NCBI GenBank assembly: GCA_009103225.1
Contig: RHPI01001946.1
Location: forward strand, 371,207-435,206
Source: Chlorokybus atmophyticus
Lineage: Eukaryota > Plantae > Mesostigma and Chlorokybus algae
Length of the DNA stretch: 64,000 nt
Direction of reading: 5' to 3'
Numbering within the stretch: the stretch's first letter is position 1; each line of letters starts with the position of its first letter. This document shows, piece by piece, positions 34,171 to 47,100 of the stretch. Below the pieces are notes generated by a model that made no database searches, was not told the DNA's origin, and was given only the letters and a program-made list of their open reading frames with translations. The position numbers and the translations under genes were made by a program.

Positions 34171-36689
34171 AGCGTCATCACGTGGCCAGCAGCTCTGACA
34201 GATGTCCTCCTTGCTGGACAAACCTCTCAATATCAGTGCAGCGCGTCATGGGTCCCGTGCTCATTGCGTTCACGCCAAATGGACAGCCTAACGGGGGGTG
34301 GAGGATCTCTTTGCTGCTGAGCATCTGCATAATAGTCGTCCACGCAATCGCACCGTCGACGCCATCTTTGACCTTGGGCGCACAGCACAACCAGTCATGC
34401 AACACGATCACCAGCACTTCTACTAGTGCAACCAGCCTGGTTAACCGCGCCGTGCGCTTTTAACTCTGGTGTCTTGCCCAGGTTCATACGCCTTTCGCGA
34501 TCAAGGCGACGGTATGGAGGAACCCAATGCTCATGAGTGCGAACGCGCTATGAGATTTTGTTCCAGAAGTAATACAGGTTCCATGCTGACCGATAGTCAA
34601 TAGTGTTAGTTGTTGGGGTGCGCCATGGACCAGAACAGCATAGTGTGGTTGTTAAGAAGGTGCTTTGCTCCAAGACTACCATGTGCCCTTCCAAGAGCTC
34701 AAACATTTGGTCGGGGGGTGGGCTGATCGCGTTTGAGAAAGCGGCACACACTGCCCTCGAGATCGCTCACATGGAGGAGCAGGCAGCATTGTGGAGGACA
34801 TCTTAATGGTCCCATGCCATTGGACCGCTAGCTACAGGCCAGACGCGAGAACAACTCGAGGCTCTCCTCAACAAGTGGAGAAGCCAGTTTAGCTTCAGCG
34901 TGAAAGGGCTAGGCAGCTGCTCACTTTACTGGATGGACATTAAGGTGGTGGACACCGAACCGGTGTTCTTATGATAGCACAGACTAATCAAGTTTGAAGA
35001 AGACTTGGTGGAGCAGAGGTGCAAGGCTCTATTTAATGCGGGCCAAGCGAGGAGTCCACATCGGACTTACGGTCGCGACCATCATGCCCCTGAAACGATA
35101 TTTAGCAGTCAACTGGACAGACCGACATATGTGCGGTAACTTCCGCCCCCTCAACAACAAGCCCAAGCAAGACAGGTATCCAATGCCTATTGCGGAAGGT
35201 ATCTGTAATGAAATAGAAGACTATATAGTCTTCTTTGAAGTATAGGATACTGGCGGTATCTTGGACATGCGCCGAGCGTACAACCAAATCGCCATAAAGG
35301 TGGAGGACAAGCACAAGACCTTTTTCAAAGGCAACCGGCAGCTGTAGCAGTGAAAGGTCATGCCGTTCGAACTGAAATATGCCAAATTTCATCGCGTTAT
35401 GGACAAAGCCCTCAAGAGATTGAATTTTGCACGCTGCTACATTGATGACATCTTCATCTTTGGTTGCAGCAATTAGCAGCATCTCAGGCACATTGAGGAG
35501 GTGCTGCAGACACTGAAGAAAGTAGGGATAACAGTGCACCCCGACAAGTGCACCTTCTTTACCCACAAGGTACCTTACCTAAGGCACATGATTGTGCCCC
35601 ACGGCGTGTATGTACAATAGGCCCAGGTGGAGGCACTGGTGGCCATCCCTGCCCCTACAGATCTTATGCGATTGCGTGTTGTCCTCGGCAATGCCAACCA
35701 CTAAAGACGTCTCGTCAAGGACTTTGCGAAGATCGCGCGGCCACTCACCGAGCTGCTAAAGGAAGGCACGAAGTCCTGTGGAAAGAGGCACAATAAGGGG
35801 CCTTCGAGAAGCTGAAGCTACGACTCACCCTAGCGACCAGACTACAGCAGGTTATTCATCCTGCACACAGATTGGAGCACGCTCGGCATGAGAGTAGTGC
35901 TCGTGCAGCACGATGAGAACAAGAAAGAGCGCGTAGTGTCGTATGCCAACCGCAGCAACAACAGCGCTAAGGCTAACTATGGTAGCTATAAGGGGGAGCA
36001 TCTCGCTGCAGTATGGGCCATCTCCTTCTTCCGCCCCTTTGTGTTTGGTCAGCAGTTTCAACTGATCATCAACCACCATCCATGGACGTGGCTGATGACC
36101 AAACAGCATCTTGCAGGCAAGCTGGCATGGTGGGCACTATTGCTGCAGAAGAATGATTTTGAGGTGGAGCATCGGGCAGGCTTGTCCAATCAACACGCAG
36201 ACGGCTTTAGTCGCAACCCCCGCCTCAGCATCAACAATGCAACAGGAGCCCGACACGAGTTGGGTCCTGCAGTCGCACCTAAAAGTGTGTGTGTGTGTGT
36301 GTGTGTGTGTAGCGGCCATGTTCGCTATTGCTGCACTACATCCAGGACAAAAGACCTAGGCCACTGAGGCAGCAGCAGACGAGGACATGCCTTCTTTCGG
36401 GCCCACTATCATCGTTACCGTTATCGACCCATTACCTGAGGAAGCGCTCGCCACCGACCCTGAGGTGGACGCTGAGGAGTTGGCACCCACCGATACACAA
36501 CAGAATATCTGGCTTGACAAGCCATCCCTCGCATTGCTCCGGACTGGACAATTTCCAGCAGGCATGAGTGCGCGAGAAGGATTGCATCGGTTGACGCACT
36601 CAACGCTATCGCTGGGCCGACGACAAGCTATATCAACAGATACAAAATGATGACTCGGAGGTCTCAACGCCCGTTGCGCGAGAAGGCAC

Positions 36690-37124
36690 TATTGAAGGTT
36701 AAGCATATGAGGTTTGCTAGTATAGTGTGCTTATAGTACATGTTGAAGGTTAAGCATATGAGGGTTGCTAGTATAGTATGCTCATAGTACAACTTGACGA
36801 TGTTACTTAAACCATGTGCGGCGGTTGCGCAATAGGAGTTACAGTTAACAGGAGTTACAGGAGATACGAGAATTACGGTAAATTTTGACCATTGACTAGG
36901 GTTGACTAGGGTTGACTTTAACCATTGACTATTGTTGACTAGAGTTGACTTTGACTAGGGTTGACTAGACTTTTCTAGTGTTGACTAGCTCAGTATATGA
37001 GTCACTGTATGTGGCGCATATAGGTGGAACTGCAATTGTTGTTGACATGCTATTGCACTTGTTGTTCCCGTAGTGTGAGCGCATGTATGAGGTAGGGCGC
37101 ATACATGCACACTACTTCTTAACA
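36690..37124 (+). mobile_element. Copia solo LTR (family R1) in family B pol, TSD GGCAC
   Basis: ggcac|tattgaaggttaag...cttaaca|ggcac; same family as the LTRs at 51381-51791 and 53155-53617. Confidence 0.9.
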
Positions 37125-38442
37125 GGCACCATTGCTGCATTTTGCAGCGAGCTCGGACACTGTAGTGTCGAGCGCACGATCAGTCTGCTCAGGACTCAGT
37201 ATTTGTGGTATAAGGTACACAAACAGGTGCGCGAGTTTGTTAGCAACTATCAATAGTGTGACAAAGTCCGCGCGGGCCTCTACACGCGCACCACCACTTT
37301 GGACCCCCTCCGCATTCCGGGACGGATCTATTGCTGGGGATTAAACATTCTCTGGGACATATTGCCCTCAGCACGAGGCAATACTTACATCCTCGTCATG
37401 ATTGAGCACTTCTTTGAGTGGGTGGAGCTGGTGCCCCTGCCCGACAAGAGCAGCAAGGGAGTAGCCTAGGCTTTCCTCTCCTATATACTTGAACGCTTCG
37501 GCAGCTGTACTGAAGTCATTACCAACGAAGGTACGGAGTTCAGGGGAGCCTTCGGCAAGCTCAGGGACAGATGGTTCATCGACCATCGCTGTACTTCACG
37601 CGACCATCCACAAGCCAATGGTCTTGCTGAGCGTACCGTGCAGACCATAAAGGAGGCCTTGCGCAAGTATGTCCTCGACTACGTGAAGAGCACATGGGAT
37701 GACCACCTCCTGGGTAGCACTGGGGTACCCGCTGATCGATCAAACAGCACTGCGGGTGTACAGCCCATACTATTTGTTGTTTGAAAAGCAACCATTACTC
37801 CCTTTCCGCGCACAGCAGGAGGTCGACAGAAATGATGGACAATCTCGACAACCCCGGCGAGATGTATTGTATAATCTGACGGTGCGCAGCGTGCTGCTTG
37901 AGCACATTGTCCCCATGGCCTTCCACACCTTGCGCATCGCTCAGCACCGCGACACGCTTCGCTACGAGCGTGTGCGCAACGGTTTTTAATAGGAGCGAAA
38001 ACGCCGCTTTCAGCCATGAGACTTCGTCTACCGCATGGCGCCCACAAACAACACCCTTGACACCTGCGTCTGGCGCATTGTCTATAAGATATTGAAGGTG
38101 TATCTCACAGGGGTACTGAACCTCCTAAGACAACAAGGCGAGCGCATGAAGGACAACATGGGGAATTGCAAGCCCTGTCATCTTCCCCACGTAGTTGGCT
38201 TTGGCAAGATCCAGCACCCGCGACCGCTGCGAAGAACCCGCTGCGAGAAATGTGGCAGTGCCGATAATGACCATGTGATGTGAAGGCTGCAATCAAGGCA
38301 TGCACTGTTACTGCCTTGACCCTGCGTTGGGCAAGGTGCCGTTGTGGGAGTATTGGTGCGATGACTACCGCATCGACGGTCCCCCACACAGTTGGTAGAA
38401 GCTGAGTACCAGAGCAGGAGGCTACCTCAGAAGCTCAGGGCG

Positions 38443-38666
38443 GTGGCTTGTCAACTGTGTGTACTATAGCACAGTAGGTACAGTAAGGAGGAGAGCGTCA
38501 CCAGCTCTACCACATATCACATCCGCATAGGTTGAGCCTATGTCGGGGGGGGTAACTTCATATATGGTGCTCTGATGCTGCATTTAGCACCAGCATGCCC
38601 ACGGCATGGGCGCTCGGCTGTAGTGTGCCCGAGACGGCGTGACCCTCGACCGTGGCAAGCACGACA
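38443..38666 (+). repeat. Repeat X1 of copy B (second copy X2 at 39294-39543)
   Basis: Both start gtggcttgt(c/t)(a/g)act, share caggtacag..gagagcgt.accagctcta and end gtgaccctcgacc.tgg.a.gcacgaca. Confidence 0.85.
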
Positions 38667-38668
38667 GC

Positions 38669-39307
38669 TATCATGCCAACTACCCTCACTTGGTAGTCCT
38701 GCTCGAGCATGCCTACATCTAGCCACAAGCCCAAACCGCCAGCATGAAGACCGCGCGCGCCCCAGCCTACTGCTAGCTACTTCTTACTTCATGTAGCATG
38801 TAGCATGTAGGGCTACTCTTCAGACCACTGTAGGAACCGCGCATAGCTAATCAAGAATCTATTTCAAGCTCATGTACTATGTCGAGTCTTTAAGGATTTT
38901 CGGAGTAGCATACGGCCTCGATGTGACCGTTAGCCTAGTGCCTGCGTGACATTGCACAGTCATATGTTGACACGTATAAGTAGGAAGTCATGTCGCTAGA
39001 CTCGCTGGTGACACAGTGAGTGAGTACTATGAGTAGAGACTTTGACGTTAAAAACTTGTGAAGCGACTCAAACTGGAAGCACACCGTCCCCATTACCAAG
39101 AACTGCCTTAATGTGTGAGACATAGTGTATGCTCTCGTACGCTGTGCTTGTCATTGCTATGAGCTTAGCGGTGGTGTGTTTGCTACATCTGCTAGGATAT
39201 AGCATATTTGAGTTGCATAATCATTCATCTCACTTCATAGTGTAACACATCATCCACTCATGCAAAACTTTGTATACAGCACTACCTATTGTTGTGGCTT
39301 GTTGACT
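38669..39307 (+). repeat. Repeat A2 of copy B
   Basis: Collinear with A1 (26581-27213) over its full length, roughly 75-80% alike by eye. Confidence 0.85.
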
Positions 39308-42300
39308 GTGTATACTACATCACAGCAGGTACAGTCCGGGGGAGAGCGTTACCAGCTCTACAACTGATTAGATCCTCACATAGGTTCATCCCGAGTGTAT
39401 GCCTATTTTAGGGGGGTTGGGGGGTGGGGGGTGTTTAATTGTGTTGCTCTGATGCTGCGTTGAGCACCAGCATGCCCACGGCATGGGCGCTCGTTTGCAG
39501 TGTGCCCGAGACGGCGTGACCCTCGACCATGGTAGGCACGACAAGGGGTAATTACAGGAAGAGGGCATCGACTTCAATGAGGTGTTCACCCCTGCTAGTA
39601 AGCTTGTAACCTCTCGCACCATGTTTGCACTTGTGGTAGCTGAGGGTCGGGAGCTACACCACTTGGATGTGAACACTGTATTCCTTCACGCAGAATTTGG
39701 AGAACAATGTGCAGTAACCCAAGGGCTATGAGGAGGGAGGACCAAGCATTGCTTGTTGACTTGTGAAGGCCTTTCACCGGCTCAAGCAAGCGTTAAGAGT
39801 ATGGCACATCCGGCTCCATTGAGGAGTTGGAGAAGATTAGCTTTACACCTTCTGAAGCTGATCCTAGAATCTGCACGCACAAGGAGAAGAAGATCTTGCT
39901 TTTGGTCTACGTCGACAACATCATGGCTGCTGCGAAGAAGCTGAAGTACTTGGAGGAGGTGACGACATTGCTCAAGTCTGCCTTTGACATAAGGGACTTG
40001 GGAGAGGCAAGTCTGTGTTCTAAGCATGGTAATCGAAAGGGACAACAAAACAGCTAAGATTAGCTAGGAGTTGATGGCGCGAAGGATTCTGCAGAAATTT
40101 GCAATGGGAGACGACCAAGGGCAAGGTAATACCCATGTGCGTGAGCCAAGCTGTAGCGAGTAATGAGTGAGACAGCACCTCGACAGGAGCAAGTTCCCTT
40201 AGAGTGAGTGAATTGGGAGCATGCTTTACATGTTCGTGAGCACTAGGCCAGAAAATTGCACATGATGTGAGAGTGCTTGCACGCTACATATCAGCACCCA
40301 CCATGGAGCATTTGAGAGCTGCAAAAGAGTTGCTGCGTAGTATGATGGGGAGCACAAGCGTGTGGGCATTCACTTGAGAGAGGGAGCTGGTGCTGTAGAC
40401 AAGAAGTTCAAGGGCTATTGTGATGCTGACTACGCTGGGGACCTCGACACGAGGAGGTCAACTACGGGCTATGTGAACTTGATCAATGGTGGGATTGTTA
40501 GCTGGAGTAAGCTGCAACCTACCGTGGCTGACTAAAAAGCAGAGGCGGAGTACATGGCGGCCTCATCCGCAGTGATGGAGGCATTGAGGTTGAAGAAGCT
40601 GATGGTGGACTTAGGCTACCCTGTAAGTTGCATCAGCATCAATTGCGACAATCAAAGCGCAACCAAGGTATTAAAGCATTCGGTTGCATTGACCCGATCA
40701 AAGCACATTTACTGTGAATCACCACTTCATGCGCGAGAGTGTGGCAAGGAAGGAGGTAGCATTCGGGTACAATAACACGGAGGAGATGGTGGCTAATTGC
40801 ATGACCAAGCCTTTTGCACTGATGAAGTTCCATGACTGCACTGGAGAATTTCGAGTCTACTAAGCTGCCTGCGTGGGAGTGTTGGCATGAGCATATCTTG
40901 CACACTATTTAGTCCAGTTAGCTTGTAAATTGGCTAAGGCATGAGCCTTCACAATACTGCTACTAGTATGAGCTGATATCGATCAATCATGAGTCTGCAG
41001 CAGATATCAAGTCCACTACGCGAAGCATGAGCAAGCAAGAGACTCCGGACTTGCTCACGAGGTTGGCGCAGCCTGACGCAGCCAACGCCTTGGAAGATTG
41101 GCGAAAACTCCGCGTATACCAAGCCATAGAAGGCGTGGCTTACCTTGTTGGAAAACTTTGGTTGCAAGCTATACAGCTAAGCTTACATATTAGCAATCGG
41201 CTCAACATAGCTGACACGGTGCTTGCTAAAGTAGACATGTATAGTCTGATTGGTATAAAGGCCAACGAAACCAACAAGTTGCTGGTTCGGGTTCGGGTGA
41301 AACCCCTTTGCAAGCCTTGTGTGCATGCCTTGTGTGTATGTTCTGGTGCATGTGTATGCTCTTTGGCCAGTGCTAGCTCAGTGTTCAACACGCTGAGGCA
41401 GCAGATGCTGGGCTATATGTCGGTGCAGGTGCTATAGTGGTGGCAAGCTCGCCATAGCCAGCAACTATGTGCAGCTCAGCAATGGACTTCCACACATCGT
41501 GTGCCTCATGTCATGCGCAAGCATGTAGTGTCATGTGCATGGTGCCCTCGGGGCTAGCGGCATGGGTGGACCTTATGATTTCGGCTCTCATAGCCATTTA
41601 CAGGGTTTATATGTTGGGTTTTCGTGGAGACTTATGCTTGGGTTCTCATAAATGTGAGGGAGGTGTATTCAAGGCGTTTATTCAGGCAAATACTGAGCTG
41701 GCAGCATATTTGAGTCATTATGGTATCCTGCGTGACTGTTTTGGAGTCGTGACTTTGTGAAGCCATAACTTACAATTGGAGTGGCGATTTAGCCGTGGGT
41801 TGGCGTAAAAGAATGTGTCTTAATGTGTACGTAAAAAGGACGATCTTGGATAAGCCTTTCTTAACCGTAAAATGTTACACATTTATGCCATCATGATTGT
41901 AATTATGCTGGTGCAGACTAACCATTGAGGTAGTTGGAGAGTCGGTTGCTTTTTGGCTTAATGGTGATGTATAAGGCTTTGCTAGCTTGTTTCCTATTTT
42001 AGTTGGATGCAAGTTGGCCTACCGGAGTGCAAGCAACACCTTTAAAAAGAGGTTCGTGGCTGAGCGGATGCTTGTGCACATGCTTGCATGAATGGTATGT
42101 GTGCACATGTTCGTTGCTGTGCATTGCTGTGCATGAAGGGGTGTGTGTCGCTGTGGCGACATTAACGCACCGTATGGGCTGCCTTGACATGTAGTTAAGT
42201 GAGGATTGAGTTTGGATTACATTACACGTGTGAATGGCTCAATGCAGATCAAGTTGTGGTGACCTTGCCTATTATTTGCCCTTGCAAAGGGGACACGCAC

Positions 42301-45300
42301 CTTTCCCTTGCATCCAACCCATCAGCTGAGTTTGCTTAGGAAAGAAGCAAGTTGCCGGCAAGTTCATGCCCACTTGATATGAAGAAGACTGGCAGTCACG
42401 CCCACCCAAGCCGCCCCAAAAGAGAGGAGGGAAAAGAAGGATCATTCCGGTGGAGGAGGGCCTTACCGAAGAGATGAAGTGTCAAGTGACGAAGAAGAGT
42501 CCGACATTGAGGACGAGAGTGGAGTGAAGCCTGATTTAGCTTCAACCATGAATAGCACACCGTAGTTGAGTGGGAGGCCTGCACGGCGGACCTGCAGGAC
42601 TACATCAATCGCTTCGAACTCGAGATGGTCAAATGGGAGTCTCGGGACAAGTCGGGGTGGGACGAGCACAAAGCCTTTAAGATGTTGCCTCTATACCTCA
42701 TAGATGAAGCCCTTGGCAGAAGAAGAGTCCGACATTGAGGACAAGTCGGGGTGGGACGAGCACAAAGCCTTCAAGATGTTGCCTCTATACCTCATAGATG
42801 AAGCCCTTGGCACGTGGAAAGAGTTAAAGGAGCAGCTGGAGGTGAGGGAGAGGGCGTCGCGGCTCTGCGCAACGGCTGCATTGGAAGCGGAGTGGAAGAA
42901 GGAACAGTCCATAACTTAGTTCAAGGCGCTTTCGAGGAAGACCTACCCACTAAAACTCGTGAGCTAAATTTCTTCAAGCGCAATATTTGGGAGACGGCGA
43001 GAATGATGTATACGCGCATGCTCAAGCTCTTGACGGACTACAAGGTGGTGATTGATTGGACCGCGGCGGTTGTGTGCCTTCAACAACTAGAGGCATACTT
43101 GAGGCTGAAGGTGGAGACCACGTTGACCATTCAGTCCGAGTTCGGCACGTACACGCTTATGGATGTCTTCAAAGTGGCCGAGACGGCAAAAATTTAGCAT
43201 GAGTACCTCAAGAACATTGACCGGCAGCGTCGGGGTTGAAGTTGCTTGGGATTTTAGAGGAGAAGAGTGTTGAGAACAACTGATGCGCCTAGTGTGTGTG
43301 TATTTGCCTCTTATATACAAGTGTGCACACATTAAAGACAAGTGCAGCAAGCATGCCAACTATTGAGACAATGTGCAACCCACTGTATTAAGCTGTATAC
43401 AGTGTCTTATATATTATGCTACTAAGCACTAGTCAACTTCATTCAACTCTGGTCAAAGTCAACACTAGTATACACTAGTCAATGGTAAAAGTCAACGGTA
43501 AAAGTCAACATTGACCATGGTTGACCATAACTGCCGTAACTCCCTTAACTCTCGTAATTTTCGTAACGATAATGGTATATGAGTTCATGAAGCGCATGAA
43601 AAGCGCGCCCATGAACTCAAGAACTCGTTAATGAGTTATGAGACTCTTGTGCCCCTAGTGCCTTGGGCACTTGAGGGCACAAGCACTCACTAGACGTGAG
43701 TTGTGAGTCACAAGCTCCTTATCTAGTCGCTTGAAACCCTAGCACGGCGGCGCCATCCTTGGCGTGGGTAGCGAGTGTGGCTTACTTTGCAGGTGTACAG
43801 GCTTCTCAGGCTTCGACCTCGGCGTCGGCAGCAGTGGCGCCATTGACAAGTCGAAGACCGAAGAAGCGCGTGACTTTTGCACCTGGCGTGAAGAAGCAGT
43901 AGTTCACGTCGTTGTAGCCTAGCACCCTAGTGCAGACCTTGTGTATAGATCAGCTTATATCTGTACACTTGCGCATTTGTATTGTAATGCACTTGGGTGC
44001 TGGGCGTAGCCACCGTGCTATCGACCCATAGCGACCCCCCAGCTGGTGGCATCTAGTCGCTTGAAACCCTAGCACGGCGGCGCCATCCTTGGCGTGGGTA
44101 GCGAGTGTGGTGAGGAGGTGTGGACGGAGGAGGACCTCCACCATGGTTACACGATCACAAGCGAGTGCCCAAGATGATGGAGAAGAGGTGGCGGCCACGG
44201 CCGCGGCGGCCTTGCTAGTCGCCAATTGCTTGTCGCGGGCTAAGAGTCTGCGTCGCCACACCTTGAGTGAGGAGGAGGAGAGGCGAGCGGCGAGGGAGGA
44301 GGGAGAGGTGCGCCCCCCCGTGGGGAGGGGAGCGGATGAGGTAAACAAGGAAGGTGACGGTGGTGGTGAGGAGGATGAGGACGACGAGGACCCGCCCTTC
44401 GTCACCTACAAGCGTAGGAAGAGGGAGGCAAGCCCGTTCTCCAACGCTTCTACCCCGTCCATGACACCCATGGAGGCAATGGCACGGAGGTTGGAGGAGT
44501 TGGAGGCGGAGAACATGCGCCTCAAGTGTGGGAAGGCGCCCGCCATCCCTCGTAATCAGCCCGTTGACGAGCCCAACCACCCCCTACTTGTGAGCATCCT
44601 TCGTCGTGACAACGGCGACTCCACCAACCCCAATGCTCGAGTGGGAGCCATGGCCACCCGCTTCAGCGAGCCTGTTACCCCTTGGAAGGAAAACTTGAAG
44701 AAGCGGGCGCGACAACACCTTGAGGTTGCGGCTCATCTCGGCTCGGCGGCGTCCTCTTTCGATCGTGTGCCCGCTCACCTCGCCGAGGACCCCCACTTCG
44801 CTAAAGGCCGCAAGGAGAACATGAAAGGTGGGCTCATTCTTTGTTGTGCATCACCATTTGCACGCACATATTGGCAAATCATCATGTGGGTGCGAACTTA
44901 GCCCACGCACACTTGCACATGCGTGCATCATGGGCCTTTTGAAGGCGCCAGCCCGACATCTATATAGATGCACAGTCATTCCATTAGTTACATGTGTTCC
45001 GCATCCCTCCTCCCCCCCATATCCGGAGGGGGGGGGAGGGGCCCGCACTTAACACCATTGTATGTTCACCCCTGTATTCACATTATGACTACCCCACAGC
45101 AAGAGAACGAGCACAACAGGGCACAACATCTGCATTTGCATGCGCATATGCACATGATAGGTACGGGAATGGAACAGGGGTGCGCTTGGCGCTAGACCCG
45201 GTGGCTTTGAGCCCGTATGAACATGCAACGCGTGTTGCTCATATGAGCTCTGTGCGCAGCATTGGATGAGGTGTGTAAGCAATTCCACTATGTGGAAGTG

Positions 45301-45979
45301 GCCAACAAGCATGACTGGAAGGTCGTGGACGAGCTGGTGCGCAACCCCCTCGCCGTGGATGATGATGAGGCAAAGCGCCTGAAGAAGGCGTTGAAGGACG
45401 TGGCTGCGGCGCAGCCCAAGCCCAAGGCAAAGCCTGCCTACCATCCCAACAAGGGGCGGGGCCAGCACCCCCCCCGCTACTCTGGGTCCTATGCATCTGG
45501 TGCATGGCATACCAGTTACAGGACCGCTCTTATGCAGTCTCAAGCCGCTTCCACTGGGGGTCAACGTGACTCCCGCACTTGCTACAATTGCGGGGAGCCA
45601 CGGCACCTGCGTGCCTATTGCCGTAAGCCCTCTACAGGCCGTGGCGGCCATTAAATTGGTAGCACAGCTCTGTACATGATGTGACAGCCTTATAGCTGTA
45701 CACTTGTGCGCATGTAGTGCCTATATAATTTGTTGTTGAGGTCTCAAATGACCTCTGAATGGCATGAAATTCTGAGTTTGTTATTGTGGCACAGCTACGC
45801 TTGTGCAGAGCCAAGGAACGTGAAATTGAACGCGATTTGCTATGGTTGCACATTGTTTGGCTTATAACTTTCGTTTGCGGCCTCGGCTAGACGCAAATTT
45901 CTATTATTTGGCCGCTTTTGGGTTTGAGCGCTGAGAAACGCTTTCTTTTGACACCTTAAACGTCCTAATCGGACATCGT

Positions 45980-47100
45980 TTGCAAAAGTTATGCCCGTTA
46001 CAAAGTGGGAATGCTTGCACTCACTTGTTGCACATGCAGGGGCCAGAAACGAAGGCAGTGTGCACTGTGGCCCTTGACTACACTTCCATTGAGTCGGAGT
46101 TGGTGGAGGATTGGATGAAACACCATGAGTTTGCACGCGCACCTAGCAACTTGGTTGTGGAAGGTCCTTATATGAGGCACCGCTTACGAGAGGCCTTGCC
46201 CGCATGGCAGCAATTTTGCGAGTCTACTATGGTTCTGTCCTGGGTGGAGTACGGGTACAAGCTACCATGGGCGGCTGACCCACCCCCCGAATGGGCGTTC
46301 ACCAATCATAAGGGTGTACATGAGTTTTCGGACTTCACTGCAGCGGCCATTGCCAACTTGGTGCATAGTGGGGCTGCACAAGAGTGTGTGACACCCCCCC
46401 TCGTGGTGAGCCCACTCAATGTGGTGGATGATGGCCGCAAGTTGCGCCTCATTATGGACTTGCGCTGTGTTAACTCCTTTTTGGTGAACACGCCATTCAT
46501 ATGAGGATGTGCGCAGCATTCCAGACTTGCTGCAACGTGAGGACTGGTTGTTCTCAACGGACTTAAAGTCCGGATATCATCATGTGGACATTCACCCCGC
46601 CTTTTGGGGCTACCTGGGGTTCTCATTTGCGGGCAAATCGTACAACTTCTGCTCGTTGCCATTTGGCTTGAGCACGGCGTGCTTCGTGTTCACGAAGGTG
46701 ATGAAGCAGTTGGTGCGACGATGGCGTGTGCAAGGCATCCGGGTATTGCCATATATCGACGACTTCCTCTTTGCTGCTCATTCACGGGCAGTGCATGCTT
46801 CCACCCTGGCTGTGGTGCAAGTAGATACAGCATGGTGCGGGCTGGTGATGAATACCAAGGCACAGACTGTACTCAGCAGAATCATCGTCTTTCTCGGCTT
46901 TATGGGATACACACGCTGGCACTGTTCGTATCCCCGGCAAGAAGCGCGATGGGTTGCTCCGAGACTTGCAACGCGCATTTGGTGATAGGCGCCATGTGCC
47001 AGTAAAGTTGCTGGCCCGCATCTGTGGCAAGCTGCAATCCATGTTCATGGTGCTGGGCCCTGCCGTCAAACTAATGACTTGGCATACACGCCGTTAGATT
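45980..47100 (+). pseudogene. DIRS reverse transcriptase (frameshifted)
   Basis: VSPLNVV...KLRLIMDLR, DLKSGYHHV, LPFGLSTAC, RVLPYIDDFL. Confidence 0.9.

Larger units (their letters stand above)
26581..39543 (+). mobile_element. Family B element, copy B: A1-PBS-gag//DNMT-RT-RNase H-integrase-PHD-X1-A2-X2, degenerate, 4-bp TSD AGGG
   Basis: Termini tgtcatg...cacgaca; aggg at 26577-26580 and 39544-39547, and removing it restores the host RT frame. RT HICGNFRPLN, CYIDDIFI (~35435); RNase H DWS...VVSYANRS; H2C2 and integrase 37130-37990; PHD remnant 38240-38370. Confidence 0.85.
14223..41390 (+). mobile_element. Old Ty1/Copia element H split by nested insertions (integrase 14280-15155, RT start 26165-26580, RT/RNase H 39548-40850, 3' LTR 40880-41390)
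   Basis: LCEHCVLAKQRKLPF...VHSDVC...FFDDYSK; WQHAMDEEIASL...KARLVVKG joins in frame to *LQEEGIDFNEVF after removing 26581-39547; LLVYVDNI; [20 protein letters not shown]; PPT gctgcctgcgtgggag then tgttgg...ttcaaca. Confidence 0.8.

Noticed and set aside
36880-36990. Regular short repeats (gttgactag) suggestive of a CRISPR-like array
   Set aside because: There are no unique spacers; they are tandem motifs inside a Copia LTR.
38540-38552. Poly-G run as the PPT of a conventional 3' LTR in copy B
   Set aside because: The sequence after it does not match the element's 5' end, and the run lies inside repeat X, recurring in X2.
41027-41437. 136-aa ORF
   Set aside because: It lies within a Copia LTR, and the homologous LTR at 50908-51297 has stops in this region.
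42490-42810. Short mosaic duplication within a gag remnant
   Set aside because: A local slippage or template-switch duplication in a dead copy with no sign of function.
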